Source: Antedon mediterranea (Eukaryota; Animalia; Echinodermata). Taken from it: DNA of 64,000 bases. Both the position numbers and the translations under genes were made by a program. The stretch is taken from the NCBI RefSeq assembly GCF_964355755.1, contig NC_092672.1, forward strand, positions 33,548,437-33,612,436, in the 5' to 3' direction. The notes under the pieces were generated by a model. The model searched no databases, had not been told where the DNA came from, and saw nothing but the letters and a program-made list of their open reading frames with translations. Shown here piece by piece: positions 38,401-53,400 of the stretch (positions are counted from its first letter, which is position 1; the number at the start of each line of letters is the position of its first letter).

Positions 38401-41400
38401 TTTGTTTTTTGTAAAGCCTACTTACTGATCGCTAATAAAATTAATTCTCATGGCGCCTTCAATAACATGGGGAGGGTCGTGCAGCGCCCGATCGCCTAGG
38501 ATAATTTTTATCTAGCCTAAAATTCCTCAACAAAGGCGATGGTGATACGGCCCTTCCCACGTGAACGACTGTTGTCTTTCGCGAGCGCGGTCCTACAAAA
38601 AACCAAACGGAAACAAAAACGATTATAATGTTGCAATACCTACCAAACGAGAGTAGGTAATTGTTAATTAATTATGAAACCCTAACTTTTATAGCAAAAA
38701 TCGTCCGAATTTATGTTAAAAACGACGAGTTTAGCCACAAAAACTTATATCAAACGAGAGTATCCAAGTCATACTCCATAGAATATCGCACGCACATAGT
38801 GCCTTTAATAGAATAATGAGTATTAAACATTGTTTCGTATATTTATGTACTAACATAAATAATAACACATTTCTATGCTTAATAAAATCATATTTAATAT
38901 ATTATCAAAGGCTCTCATAACCTTTGTTTTCGGTCGATGTGAAGTTTTTCTAAAAAAATTATATAAAACGATCAAATTAAGATTGTTCATTGTTCTCCTA
39001 TTAAAGGCACTAAGGGCGTGCCATAAATACGCTCGTTTGGATTAAGTTTTTGTTGCTAAATTCATCGTTTATAACATAAATTCGGATGATTTTTGCTATA
39101 AAATTTGGGTTTTCATAATTAATTAACCATTATCTACTATCGTTTGGTAGGTATTTGCAACATTCTGAGTCCCTTTTGTTTCCGTTTTGGTTTTAATATA
39201 GGACCATCCATACCCTTCGCGAGCGTGTACTAACGCCTCAAATTGCTTAGCATGGGTAGTCCCCGGAACTCCACCCCAAATTCCTCTTTTACTTTCGCAA
39301 AAATGCTCTTATTTATTATCTGTGATTCTTTTCTATTGCCTGCCATCCTTTCCCGTACTTTCTCTCCCCCCACAACTGAATAACATATCTTGTGATTTCA
39401 TTCATCCACATACATGTTCACTTCTTCGTTCGACTGTCAAAACCACGAGGAAAACACGCACCGTATGCGACGGTATCTGACCCGGGGTCACAACTGTCAA
39501 TCAAATAACCGTTATTTCGTGTTGCAGCTAAGAATTGCTCAGCGATAACCGGTTAAACGGCGTTCTAACACCGATTTAAATTGGTGTTTTTAACCGGTTA
39601 TTTTGCGCTGCCTTTTAACCGGTTACCACAAATGTGTCCTGTTTCTGCTGCCAAGAAAATGGAGTTAATTTATTCACACCGATTTTAATTTATTCACACC
39701 GATTTTAACCGGTTATTTTGTATGCAGCAGAAACAGGCCCAAAGTGACCAAACAAAGGAACAGGATACACATTTGCCTTGCCACAGGCGACCGGGTGCTC
39801 AGAGACAACCGGGTGCTCAGATTACGCAACGTAATGATAAGTATAAGTTTTTGTTTTATTCCTGATCAATCATTCTTACATTATACTTTGTTCTTAGATC
39901 ATGTACTACACGACTGAACTGTTTGTGCAAGCCGGCTTAGATGACAATACCATTAGCATAGCCACTGTGGGAATCGGCACAGTCACGACTATGATGTCAA
40001 TTGTAACAGTAAGATTTCTATTTTTCTTGCTTTAGATATTGTATCCAATTATTGTTTGATCTCATGGATTATATTCAATCATACTAGTGTCATCAGTGTT
40101 TTTTGCTGTATTCCCCCGAGAGCTTTTCTTAATCACGCAGACCGTAATGCTAGAGACGAAACACAACTACGTAACGCATCGTAAAGCGTGGTTCCCACTA
40201 GGACACAACGCAACGGCGTATTGACGCAACGTGCTGTATATTGCGTAATCACAAGTAGAAACCCACGATGCAACAGTGCTGCAAACAACGCAGGTTTGAT
40301 TTCACGCAGGCGGGGTCAAACACAATTATTGGAAGGGCATTTTCTTACGTTGCGTAGGTTGCGTTACGTTGCGTTACTCGTGGAAACCAAGCTTTAGGGA
40401 TTTGACTAATCACAAATGATGGATATTCAAATTGTCAGAAGTCAGAAGCCTTGTGAACTCACTGTCATTATTGTTATAATCAGAGCATAAAGACATTAAT
40501 GCATTTCACATTATCTTAATGAAGATGAATACAGTACATTATCATTATAACATTATACCTAATATATTTAGTGGTAGACGTCACTGAGTGACATCACATT
40601 ACATAAGTTTTCATACAAGCATGTCGTGGTAGTCACCGTTTGTGCCCATTTTTCAACTTTTACCTTAATGCCTGGACGACGAACTATTTTCTACAAACCC
40701 TATATTGACTTGTGTTAATGTGTTGTTGGTAGGGAAGAAATTCAAAACAATAGCGCCATCTATAAACTCTTACTAAAACGTGGTTCCCACTAGAACGCAA
40801 CGCAGCGACGTATCGACGCAACGTGCTGTATTGCGTAATCACAAGTGGGAACCGACGACGCAACAGTGCTGCAAACATCGCAAGTTTGGACGGGCATGTT
40901 CTTACGTTGCGTAAATTGCGTTACGTTGCGTCGCTAGTGGGAACCACGGTTTAGTCATTTACTACAGTACCGGTATCGAAATAAAACTAATGATATCGAG
41001 TTACTTATTTTTAATATTATACCGCGCTTAAGGTATACAAAACTACATTTCGTCGATTCTAATCAACAGCATTATTAACATCATATTATTACTTACAATT
41101 TAAAAGCTCTATTTCCAATGTTCACCAACACTGCATTAATTATTTATTTAAGGTCAGATGCACTTTGGCTCAAGAATTGTATCGTAATATCGTTATAAAC
41201 ACAGTTTAGGTTCATTTATTTTGATGATATCGAGCAAGTTTTATTACCATTTATGTTGAATTCATCAAGGTGTGATTAGAACAACTAAAGTAGAGTACGT
41301 TGTAATATATACATAATTGCTACGATTTCGTCGTCCGTGACATCACGCAGGTGACACACGCGTTCAAAATCGATTGAAATGATGAAGCGTTCCCACGATA

Positions 41401-44400
41401 AAAAGTTTTCTTTTGTACGAACGCGTCACCTTTAGTTCATTTGCGTTTGTAAAACGATGAAAAGGGCATAGCGTTTGTCTAAAGGTGGTTTCATGAAGAA
41501 ATAGTTTCAAACGGTATAGTAGATAGGGCCTAAACACTATCATAATTATAATCATTGTAATTACTACTGTAATCAACTGTAAAATGTATATGTTGTTAAT
41601 AGTCAGATGCTCAAATTAGTTAGTGAAACAGTGTGGTGTCAATTTGTTCAGTTTATTAGGCTTTTTCCTGGTTTATTTAACTAAAACACTTTCTTTTTAC
41701 ACTTGTGTTTAAAAGCGCATAGAGACTATTTGGATGTTGCGCTATACTCATTTAAAACCATTAAACCAGAAACAATCACGTGATGAAATTGGCATAACTA
41801 TTAAAAACCAAAAATTAGAGATTGAATTAAATTCGATACGATATTATTTATTGTCATTTTTAACAACAAGGTAGAAATGAAATGTGGTTGGTTTACATTT
41901 TGATTTACCTACTATTTACAATGAATGAAAAAAAGCGTTTAACCAATTAAATACGTGAATAGAATTATTAACAACCTCATTTTCTTGAAGGAAGAAATAA
42001 ATGTTAAGTTGAATTGAATTGAATTGAACAAATGATTTTGAACTAATTATATAATCTTAATAATATACACATAAGCATAGTTCCGACTAGCCACGCATCG
42101 TAACGCAACGCAGCGACGTTTTAACGCAAAGTACCGCATTGCGTAATCACAAGTGTGAACCGACGACGACGCAACAGTGCTGCATACATCACAGGTTTGA
42201 TTTCACGCAGGCGGGGGCAAACACAATTAATGGAAGGGAATTGTCTTACGTTGCGTAAGTTGCGTAAGTGGCGTTACGTTGCGTCGCTAGTGGTAACCAA
42301 ACTTTACTGTAGTAAAAAGTATCTAAAATACTACGTATTTTGTTTGTTTTTAGATATTGAACGTTGACCGTCTTGGCCGAAGATTCTTCCTGCTTGCTTC
42401 ATATTCTCTAATGACTTGTGCTACAATATTACTAACAATATCACTTACCTCATCGGTAAGTTTAATTTGAAATTTGTCTTTAATTTAGTTTTTTTTTTCT
42501 ACAGAAGTGATTAGCTTTGTAAAACTACAAAATAGCCTTTCAAAGACTGATGTTATTATTCTTCCTTTTTTTATGTTTTTTGGAGAATACATTTTTTATG
42601 CTGCGCTTACAAATTCACTTAAAATAAACGTTAAAATGGTTCCAAACGTATGCGTATGTGTTCGTATTTTCGCAAAAATAAGTGCATACTCTGCTTGTAA
42701 ATAGTTCGATATATGTGTCAAATTATATTGAACCTAACTTTTGACTTGAGTGCATTTTAGGTATACGGCAACACTTAAGATGGCGCATGGAATTAGATCG
42801 ATTTCACCCGCTATAGTTTCATCGACGTCAGTGATATTACTGTTAAGTAGGCCTACATTTCAGAGCATTGAGTTCAATTATACCATACTATTTTGTGAAC
42901 ACTTGACTAAAATAGTACCCTTAAGCCCGGCGCACACTAGAGCTTTCGGCTGAGCCAACTGGCACGAGTAACACTTGGCTCACAGTGTGCGCCGGGGAAT
43001 TCGTGAGGAATCGGCCACGCGTAAATATCCATTGTGTTTAATTTTATTTTGGCACGCGTCATTTTCCTCAAGTGTGCGGTGAACATGAGCAGATAGCTCA
43101 CTAACAAATTCCACTTCGCATGACATGTTCTGCTTTATTATACTAATGTGTCAGCGCGTGCCGTATATAGCGTTGTAAGTAATTATTCAATCAGAAAATC
43201 GCATACTGAAGGCGTTTAGTGTGCGTCCGATAGAACGCGATCACAGTTTGCGGCAATTTTTTTAGTGAGCCAAGTGTTACTCGTGCCAGTTGGCTCAGCC
43301 GAAAGCTCTAGTGTGAGCTGGGTTTTACCTAACCTGTTTTAAATATGCCATTTATTTTGCGCGTTGCAATTCCGGCCAATTACGCATAAAAAGGCCTGTT
43401 TATAAAGCGACGCGACATGCGATACTAGCGACGCAATAAAACATTGGATGCGAAAAAGCAACATAGATGTGCTCACATTGAAGCGATATATCGTCGCGCG
43501 ATAAAACGACAAGCGACGTGACTTCAATATTGAAAATGCTTCAACTCTTTTCTAGTCGCGCTGCTGCGACGTTTTCTCGCTCTATTTCTCCTGTCAGTCC
43601 AAGGTGCCAGTTGAAATAAGGCGCAGCCAATACACATTAATTTATTTTTTCCCGCAAAGACAAAGATGTATTTTGACTAAACAATGTAGCGGACCTTTTA
43701 ATTCTTACTCACTGTCTAGATATGAAACAGATGTAATACGTGTATATGTATAGATGCATATTTTTCCATGTCTCATGCTAAACGAAAAAGAAAAACAACT
43801 TTGTATAATAGCGTCCCATGTTGTTGTTATGACAGTACTGAACTGAACATAAATATATATTACATTTATTTTCTCGTAGGAATAGGTATATTATTATCAC
43901 TGTTAGATTAGCCATAGCCAATTTTCTTAAATTCACTTTTCTTTTCTATACCCAACAATCATCTAGGCCTATTTCATTTTTAATATACCTTACCATTTCT
44001 GTTTATTATTTTGTATTGTTTTGCTATGGAGGAAAATAAATGTCTTTTGAAATGAAATGAAATGACAATAACAATCTCATTGTGATGTACTTAAATTTAG
44101 TAAATAGAACATATATACATTTCTCCCATTTTATTGTTTTTATTATAAAACGGTTCAATTTCCATTCAGCTGTTTTCTGATAATTTTGATCATTAACTTT
44201 TGTTAACAGATCATTTTAAATAAATTAGTTTCTTCAGAAGTCAATCACGTGAAGATTCCTGTCGATTAATGTAAGGAACAATATTGATTCTGTGAAACCA
44301 ATGTTTTTTAAAATAGTTTTAATGAATAGCGTACGGTACGTTTGTCTTTCAATTGTAGTTCAAAATGATTGTCTTCCAAAAAACATGAAAAATGAAGATT

Positions 44401-47400
44401 AATTGAATCAGACTTTGATTAGGCCATGTTGTAGTTTTAACAAAATTATTCACTTCTATATGAAAAAAAAAATGAAAAAAAAAATGTTTTCACTTATAAA
44501 ATGACGAAATAAACATGAGTTAAATTCAACCAAAAACCCATTTGTTACTTTGAATTAATTTTTCTGGTAAATACATTTATTTCGATTTGATTTTTGGTCA
44601 AATTTAATAACTATTATCTCTGGAAGTAAACATGGTATCAACATATTTGTTTCAGTATTTTCAAATCTGTAGTTTTATTTTTTTTTTCTCAATTTTGAAA
44701 ATTCCAACTTATGTCCGATTTCGCTTGAGTGTGCCACAAATAAAATAAAACCGTGAAAAAGTCCAAAATCAAAAGAAAAGAAAGACAAAAATGGAGCAAA
44801 CGTTTGAGTTGATGGGGAGATTAATCTATTCAATTATTCCGCTGTTAATCTTAATCTAAGTTTTAGGCCGTGAAGGCAACGAACGATCCAATTTTGGACG
44901 CGGAGTAGACGCGCACACTGTAGGTTTATCACGGATTAGTCAACGAACTCGTGGTAGCGTATTCTCAAAATGAGTATCAAAAACTTATTGGTAATTAGGC
45001 CGTTCTTACTTTTAGAAGCAATAAGCAATGAGGAATTTAATTTGAAACGAAAGAAATAAATGTTCATACTTTATTATTTGATTTGATACTGAATTGCACG
45101 TGATACGAAATTACCAATGGCAAGTATTTATTCTATCTACAATATAAAATGCTGTGTGACAAAAAAATGTGATGTGTCCATATGTGGACATGATGATGTC
45201 ATGTCATATCACTACCATATTTTGACATATCACTACCATATTTAGGTACATCACACTTTTTTTGTCAAGCTAGTTTCAAAGAAAAGCACCGGCCTGTAAC
45301 AATAATATTTTTACAATAATTAATCTTAATCATTTTGAAATTAAAAGGTTGATTACTTCACCTTACACTTGACCATGTTGGTCAAATGATAATTTATGAT
45401 CAACACGGGACGCTCTAGATATGAATATTGTAAATAGTGCACGTGCGTCATTATTTCTGTATATTTTATTATGCTATAAAATATGGTTTGTATGGTTATG
45501 TTTCCTCCACAGTTTATGGAAACCTTTTAAAAAATTGTGATGTGCCCAAATATGGTAGTGATATGCCCAAATATGGTAATGATATGATATCATCATGTCC
45601 ATATATGGGCACATCACATCACGTGCGTCATTATTTCTGCATGATATTTTATTATGCTATAAAATATGGTTTGTATGTTTATGTTTCCTCTCCATGGTTT
45701 ATGGAAACCTTTTAAAAAAAGTCATATCCAAAGCTCTGTTTACACTATCAACAAAAGTGTGATGTGCCTAAATATGGTAGTGATATGCCCAAATATGGTA
45801 GTGATATGACATCATGTCCATATATGGATGAATTACATTTGGTTGTGGCATAACATTTTGATAGTGTAGACAGAGCTTTAGAGCAACATTTTGATACATT
45901 CGAACAAACCGTTATTACAGATTGTGCGTATACATAAAGTTTGATAGTGTAGACAGAGCTTTAGAGTAACATTTTGATACATTCGAACAAACCGTTATTA
46001 CAGATTGTGCGTATACATAAAGTTTGATATAGTGTAGACAGCTTTAGAATGTCTTACCGTTATTGATATATTCCGAAGTAGTAGAGTCATTTTCATGAGA
46101 TCCGTGACTAATTTTAGGATACCTTTTTTTGGCTATGGATTTGGTGAGATGAACCAATTTAGAAAAAATATAGCTCCTATACACCTCCCAAAAATCCCAG
46201 CAAAGTGTATTTTAGAGGGCGTTTTCAAAATGGCCGCCTATAAGATTAGGCTCTTGTATCATTGCAGGGTTTAGCAATTCCCTGTTTTTCCCGCCAAATT
46301 GGACGCCATATTGGATTCTGGCATGATGATGTCATTGTTATCAACTCGATTTATCAACTACTATGAGAAGTAGTTATTAAAGTAAGCCTCAGCTAATTTT
46401 AATCATCATAACACAACTCCAAGTAAAAAAAAACGTGAATTGGTTTTCCCTATCCCCTATATATAGGTATTTGTGTGTGTTAATCATTAATGTGTGTTTT
46501 ATCATAGGCAAAAATGTGAAAGTGCTGTAAAAAATTGTCCCCAAGACTCTGGGATGGGGATTTTTTTTCTCAAATTCTATATGGTATACTCTATCAGAAA
46601 AACCGAAAAAAAAATTTCCTATATATTACAAGTGTGACTCGTCAACACGGTTCTTTTAATTCAACTACTCTTTTATTACTTCACCGAGCGTAACGTAGTT
46701 TGCATAATTTGCAAATAACAAACAAATATAATTAGCATATTAACAGAACATATGTGACATCTTTCCTTTTCTAACAAAATAAATTTCTAAAGTTTAATTT
46801 TTATTTTCTTTTAAAATTAATATCAAAAGTAAATTAGACACGATATATCACATTCTCATAAATAAATAATATTACTTTTCCTTAAACATAAATTGTTTCT
46901 TAGATCACATTCATATGTTTCAAATTGTTTCTTAGATCACATTCATATGTTTCAAATTGTTTCTTAGATCACATTCATATGTTTCATACATTATAGGATG
47001 GTTTGAAAATAAACATGATATCTGCAAAATAAACATAAAATGAAGTTAATTATTGATACATTTATTTATAATCCAATCGATCCGGTGGACGACTAACACG
47101 ATCACTTCTACGTAAGGGTGGTGCTTCCGGTACCTTCTGCAAAGTTGGTACGCCCTTCTGCAAAGTATCCGGTTGTTGAGTGTTTAATAAATGTTGTCGA
47201 TTCCGTCTGTACGACGTTCCATCTTCGGTCATCACTACATATGAACGGGGTAGCTCATGTTCCTTAGCCACAACAGCAGGTTCCCATTGCCGTCCTTTCA
47301 ATATTCTCACGTTGTCCCCTTTTCTTAGTTTCGTCAATACACGTGTACCACGATCATAATATTTTGTCATAGATTGTTGACGTGACTGCAGGAAATCTCT

Positions 47401-50400
47401 AGCTCCGACAATAACTTGTGGTTGCAGCAATGTATGTGTGACTGGAAGTGTTGACCTTAACTTTCTGCTCATCAACAACTGAGCAGGAGAACAATTCAAC
47501 CCTGCAATTGGTGAATCACGATAGTCTAGTAGAGCAAGATGAAAATCGCTTCCCTCATCAACGGACTTCCTCATGAGTTGCTTAATGGTTTGGACGAAAC
47601 GTTCAACTTGCCCATTACTTCTGGCATATGTCGGACTGGACGTCACTAAATCGAACCCCCACTGGTTAGCAAACTGTTTGAACTCGTAGCTGGCGAACGG
47701 CATGTTATCAGTCATTAATATTTCAGGGATGCCATGTCTTGAGAATATAGATTTCAATTTTTTGATGATTTCTCCAGCCGTTTTGCTAGTGAGTGTCACT
47801 ACTTCCGGGTATTTGGAAAAATAGTCAACTACAATAAGATGATCTCTGCCAGCGAATGTAAATATATCCGCGCCCAGCTTAGCCCATGGTCTCATAGGAA
47901 CCTTATGTGGAATGATCGGCTCCCGTTGATTTCTACGCATGAACTTTACACAAACAGGGCACCTTGACACTACTGATTCTATATCGTTGGTCATACCTGG
48001 CCAATACAAAATAGACCTGGCCCTCGCCTTACACTTCTCCATCCCAAGGTGACTTTCATGAATTTTATTCAGCATATCTGCTCTCATTTGGCTAGGAACA
48101 ATCAACTTCTCACCTAAAAACACAAGACCATCAATTTCATGTATCTCATCACGAAGATGCCAATACTGCCTAACTTGCTCCGGTGCACCCCATCTATGTT
48201 TAGGCCACCCGCTTTTGCATGTTAGAATTAGAGTTTGGAGTACCACATCTGCCTGTGTAGCTCGTATTGCTTCTTCAATTTTTGCTTTACTCATGGGCAA
48301 TATTTCGTCTAGACTATGCACCCTATATTTCAACTGTTCAAGGGGTTGGGCATCACGATCAACCTTATCAGGATATGCTCTGCTGAGAGCATCAGCTATG
48401 TACATGTACTTTCCAGGAACATACTTAACATCAAGCTCATACTTTATCAATTTGAGCAGCATTTGTTGTATTCTAGGACTAGCTTTATGGAGTGGTTTAC
48501 GTGTGATTGTTTCGAGTGGTTTATGGTCAGTGTGAACTTCAACAGCTCGGCCATATACATATTGGTGGTATTTGTGTATAGAAAAGCAGATCGCCAACAT
48601 CTCCTTCTCAATTTGTGAGTAATTAACTTCAGCTGATGTTAACGACCTAGAGGCAAACGCAACCGGATGACCCTCTTGAAGCAAACAGCTTCCGAGCCCT
48701 GTGGATGATGCATCACATTGGATAATGGTTGGCTTCTGTGGATCAAAGAAACTTAAGACTGGTTTGCTACTAATCAACGCCTTTAACTGCCTCAGGGATT
48801 CTGCTTGTTCTGGACCCCAAAACCATGCAACATCTTTCTTGAGCAATTCCCGGAGAGGTGCACTCACATTGGACATATTAGGTATGAATTGTGAAAGATA
48901 ATTAAGCATCCCCATTATACGTTGCAAGTCAGATTTACATTGTGGGTCAGGCATTTCTTTGATAACTCTAACCTTTTCTTCGTCTGGTTTCTGTCCATCG
49001 GCACTCACCACGTTTCCCATGAACACCAATTCAGACTGTTTATACTTAAGCTTGCTTCCATTGAATTTGGCATTGTTCGCTCTGGCCGTATCCATCACCC
49101 TCTGTACTGTTGCATTATGCTCTGCTTCACTACCTGTAGCTATAATCATATCATCAGATATTATGTGTACGTTAGGTATATGACCAAATATTTGCTGGTT
49201 TCGTTTCTGTAGCACCTCACTAGCACTGCAGATACCAAATGGCATTCTTAGAAAACTGTATCGTCCAAAAGGAGTATTGAATGTACATATATCTGCGCTA
49301 GCGTCAGTAAGAGGAACTTGCCAGTACGCATCTTTCTGGTCAAAGACAGTGAAAAGTGTTTTACCTGACAGCTGACTCACTACGTCCTTACCAGTCGGTA
49401 TCATATGATGTTCACGTCTAATGGCTTTGTTCAAATCACGTGGATCCAAACACAACCTCAAGGATCCGTCTCGTTTCTCCACTATCACTAGGCTGTTGAC
49501 CCAATCTGTTGGTTTGTCGGTCCGTTTAATCACGCCCCTCTTCTCCATATCGTCAAGTTTTTCTTTCAGCTTGGTATGCAGACTAAGTGGCACCCTGCGG
49601 GGTGGATGGACTACCGGAGAAACACCACTTTTCAACTTGATGTCATAAGGATCTTGATATTTACCTAAACCTGTAAATACATCACGATTCTCTCGAATCA
49701 AAGAATCTTTAGTTAGTGCATGTACATATTTATTATTTATCACATTATCACTACACATCATATTGTTACCACGTTTGATCAGACCAAGCTCCCTACAGGC
49801 TTTCAATCCAAGTATAGGTGGACCATCAACATTAGTAATAAAGAAGTCATAATCATTTTGGATGTTATCAACTTTTACATTTAGAGTAACTTTACCAATA
49901 TGTTTTACAATTTCATCACTATAACTATATAGGTTAGTTTTAGAATGATATACTTTAATGTTCTTATGTCCTGGTAACTTTCTAAATGTTTCCAGTGGTA
50001 TGCAGTTAACACCTGCTCCTGTGTCAAGCTTCATCTTTAACACATTACCTCCCACAAACACATCATAGAACCAAGCGTTCTTGTCATCGTTATCTCTTAG
50101 AGTGTCAATATAAAAGTACTCATTTTTATCTTTAACAGTTAAAGTGTCAATGTATAAGTCATTAGGATCACTTACACCTTCGGCAATAATATACTGTTCA
50201 TCCATTGTATGTACAGCTCTTCCACGTCCACGACCGCGTCCTCGGGAAAAACGTTTGGTGCACACAGACTGAAAATGATTCAAACCCTTACACCCGTAGC
50301 ATGTTTTACCATAAGCTGGACACTGACGAGGTAGATGTGAAGAACCGCACCTGCTACATTTAATTTTGGCTGCATCCGTAAACTGATGATTCTGTTGACC

Positions 50401-53400
50401 ACTAACCCTTGGCGTCTGTTTATGTGATTTGGTTCTTCTCAATGCATGAACCTTCGGCTTATAATCACTTGCAACACCGGCCATTTCAAGCTCGCGTCTA
50501 GAACTCTCAAAAGTTCTCATTCGGTGTATCACAGTATCAAGTGTAGCGTTGCCATCATCGCCCATAACTTTCATTTTCATCACTGGATTTGTTACACTGA
50601 AGAAAAGCTTATCACGAATCGTACCGTCTTGATCCACAAATTTACAATTCACCGCCATTGTTCTTAAGTCATTCACAAACTCATCCAAACCCTGACCTTC
50701 GGGTCGTTCATATTGCCAATATTGCGCTCGTAACGCCATTATCGGGTCCCGTTTATTACAGTATTCATCATACTTTGACATTACTGTATCAAAATTATTA
50801 TTGTCCTCTGCTGGGACATAATCTTCCTGACCCGGTTCGCCTACAAGATCAGTGAACGTAAAGTTGTTGTAAATATCTAAGCCACGCCCTTCCAGTGTAG
50901 TAATTAAAATTGCTACCTTTATTTCACCACTTTTACGTGCACTGCCAGTCGCTTTCAGAAAGAATGTAAATCTCTGTTTCCACCTTTTCCAAGCAGCAGA
51001 CACACTAGGACCATCAAAATCGAAGGGTGGAGGCGGCTTAAATTTCAACGATTCCATTTTGAGTGAATTTCCACTATTCTGACACCATATTACAAGTGTG
51101 ACTCGTCAACACGGTTCTTTTAATTCAACTACTCTTTTATTACTTCACCGAGCGTAACGTAGTTTGCATAATTTGCAAATAACAAACAAATATAATTAGC
51201 ATATTAACAGAACATATGTGACACTATACTTTTTTCCCGCAAATGTGTATATTAACCGTTCTGCACCCAGGCAGATGTTAGAACCAATGTTAACACAGTC
51301 ATTTAATACATGTGTAGTGTCAAAGGTCAGAAAGGGCACTTCCGGTCAAAATTTGACAAAAAATTTCATTAGGACAAATATAAATATTCATATTCTGAAC
51401 ACTATGTGACAAATTTCAAGCTTTTAGGACCAGAACTTATTGAGATACGACAACTTGAGGTCAAAGGTCAAATAGTCCAAAAATAGCATTTCCGGTCATT
51501 TTACGGCAACATTTTTCATAAGAGCGAATATAAATGTGCATATTGTGAACAATTTAAGATCAAAATGAGGTCTCTATCATGAGTGGTTACAAAGATACAA
51601 GAGCCTAATCTTATAGGCGGCCATTTTGAAAACGCCCTCTAAAATACACTTTGCTGGGATTTTTGGGAGGTGCATAGGAGCTATATTTTTTATAAATTGG
51701 TTCATCTCACTAAATTCATATCCAAAAAAGGTATCCTAAAATTAGTCACGGATCTCATGAAAATGACTCTACTAAAGTCAATTTAATACATTTCCATTCA
51801 TAGCGTAGGCCTAATGGTTTTTAATTAGCAATCAAAACCAATATTGATCACCTTCCGTAGAAAATTGTCACTTTGTTTTTTTTCTTTCAATTACATCTTC
51901 CTTTCAAATGTGTCTATATCATCTCTATAGAATACTCCGTGTTTACAGAAGATATAGAGCAAGACCAGTAGAAGCATTCTGTAATGTTATTACATGGTGT
52001 GATACACAGAGCCAAAAATAATATTTTTCATTTTTACACCTTTTTTTTTTCGTATTTAAGGGTGCTGCTTGGTCATATTTGTCCATCTTATTTGTGTATC
52101 TCTTCATCTTTGGATTTTCACCTGGACCAGGTAATTATTAATTTGTCTTTTTTGTCTCTAAATTCAGTCAATTATTTGTACTTTTACCAGTATCATAGAC
52201 AATTTAAATGATACACCATCACATGTGTGCACATGTGATGCCTGTATCATAGAACCTAACCTAACATTTAGCCTAACCTTCCATGATACAGGTATCACTT
52301 GTGATAGACATGAGATGCTATATTACGGCATTTGCCTATGATTTGTGTTTTTTTTTACTTTTCAAATAATAATATGATTATTAAAAACAATTATACGTTG
52401 ATATTTACTTCTGGAATTTTACCTTTAGTTTATAATTTAAAATGGATTTAGTAGTACTCTAGCTTCAGAAATGGAAAAAAAATATTTTAATTTGTTATTG
52501 AATTACGTTGCTATGAACTTCTGTAATTCATTTAAAAAATATTTAGAAAAATATTTACCCTAACATATAAACTTGGTCTCATCATAGAGGAAATATCATA
52601 ATTAAAACCTATTTTCAATAAACTCTTTATAAATTCCTATTATTAAAGTGTTTTACTAACGTGCCGCATATTTTTTTTAACAAACATTAGGTGCGTAGGT
52701 ATCAATCAATAATCTATAATACAGTATTTCAGGTGTAAAATTCCTAAATAATGATAGTACATTACACTTGCACTTCATACAAGTGAAACTAACGCTAGCC
52801 CCAGGCGCTCATCGCTTTTAGATGTACAATAATAACAGGTTTTAAGTAGCCTCTCAAAATTGAAAAAAAAAACAACCGATGTTTGATCGTAGGGGATATA
52901 TGTTCATAACATGTCAAACCAAAATTTAAGACAGGCTAGGTCTAAGTGTACTGTATATTCCCAGTTTCTGCAGTGATGTGATGATAGAAAGAATAAACGC
53001 AGTCTCGAATTTCATTCACACGCGAGTATCTTGCGTGTGGTAATTAACTTCATTAGCGTTTGGTTCACACTTGTTGAGTGAAACGTATTTACGTAAGCGC
53101 GCCGTAGCGAATTTACCAATCACAAGCGAAACTTCGAATATAATATATATAATAATACCACATTTATATAGCGCCCTTTTCATGAGTAATCATGCCCAAA
53201 GGCGCTTTACAAGCATTATTACCCCAGTATTTTTTGGTGGATCAAACACGTATGGAAACATACTCCCATAATGCAGCCGGTAACCAGCGCAAAGTTGTGT
53301 CTAGATTTAACTGGGTACCCATTTATACACCTGGGTGGAGAGAGGCAACGTAAGTAAAGTATCTTGCCTACGGATACAAGCAATGCAGCGAGAGTTGGAT

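Larger units (their letters stand above)
46624..51223 (-). mobile_element. Full-length Ty3/Gypsy LTR retrotransposon (Mag / K02A2.6-like), 4600 bp, in an intron of copy D
   Basis: Two identical 136-bp LTRs (46624-46759, 51088-51223). 5-bp TSD CTATA (46619-46623, 51224-51228). PBS TGGTGTCAGAA directly after the 5' LTR and PPT AGAAAAGGAAAGA before the 3' LTR (minus strand). One intact gag-pol ORF. Confidence 0.97.
46079..51774. mobile_element. Non-autonomous TIR DNA element (Academ-like, TAG...CTA ends) hosting nested insertions
   Basis: ~180-bp near-perfect inverted repeats at 46079-46260 and ~51593-51774 (TAGTAGAGTCATTTTCATGAGATCC...GGATCTCATGAAAATGACTCTACTA); AAG on both flanks, consistent with a 3-bp TSD. 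Confidence 0.75.

Noticed and set aside
48215-50855. Several + strand ORFs of 65-106 aa inside the retrotransposon
   Set aside because: Antisense shadows of the gag-pol ORF with no recognisable motifs.
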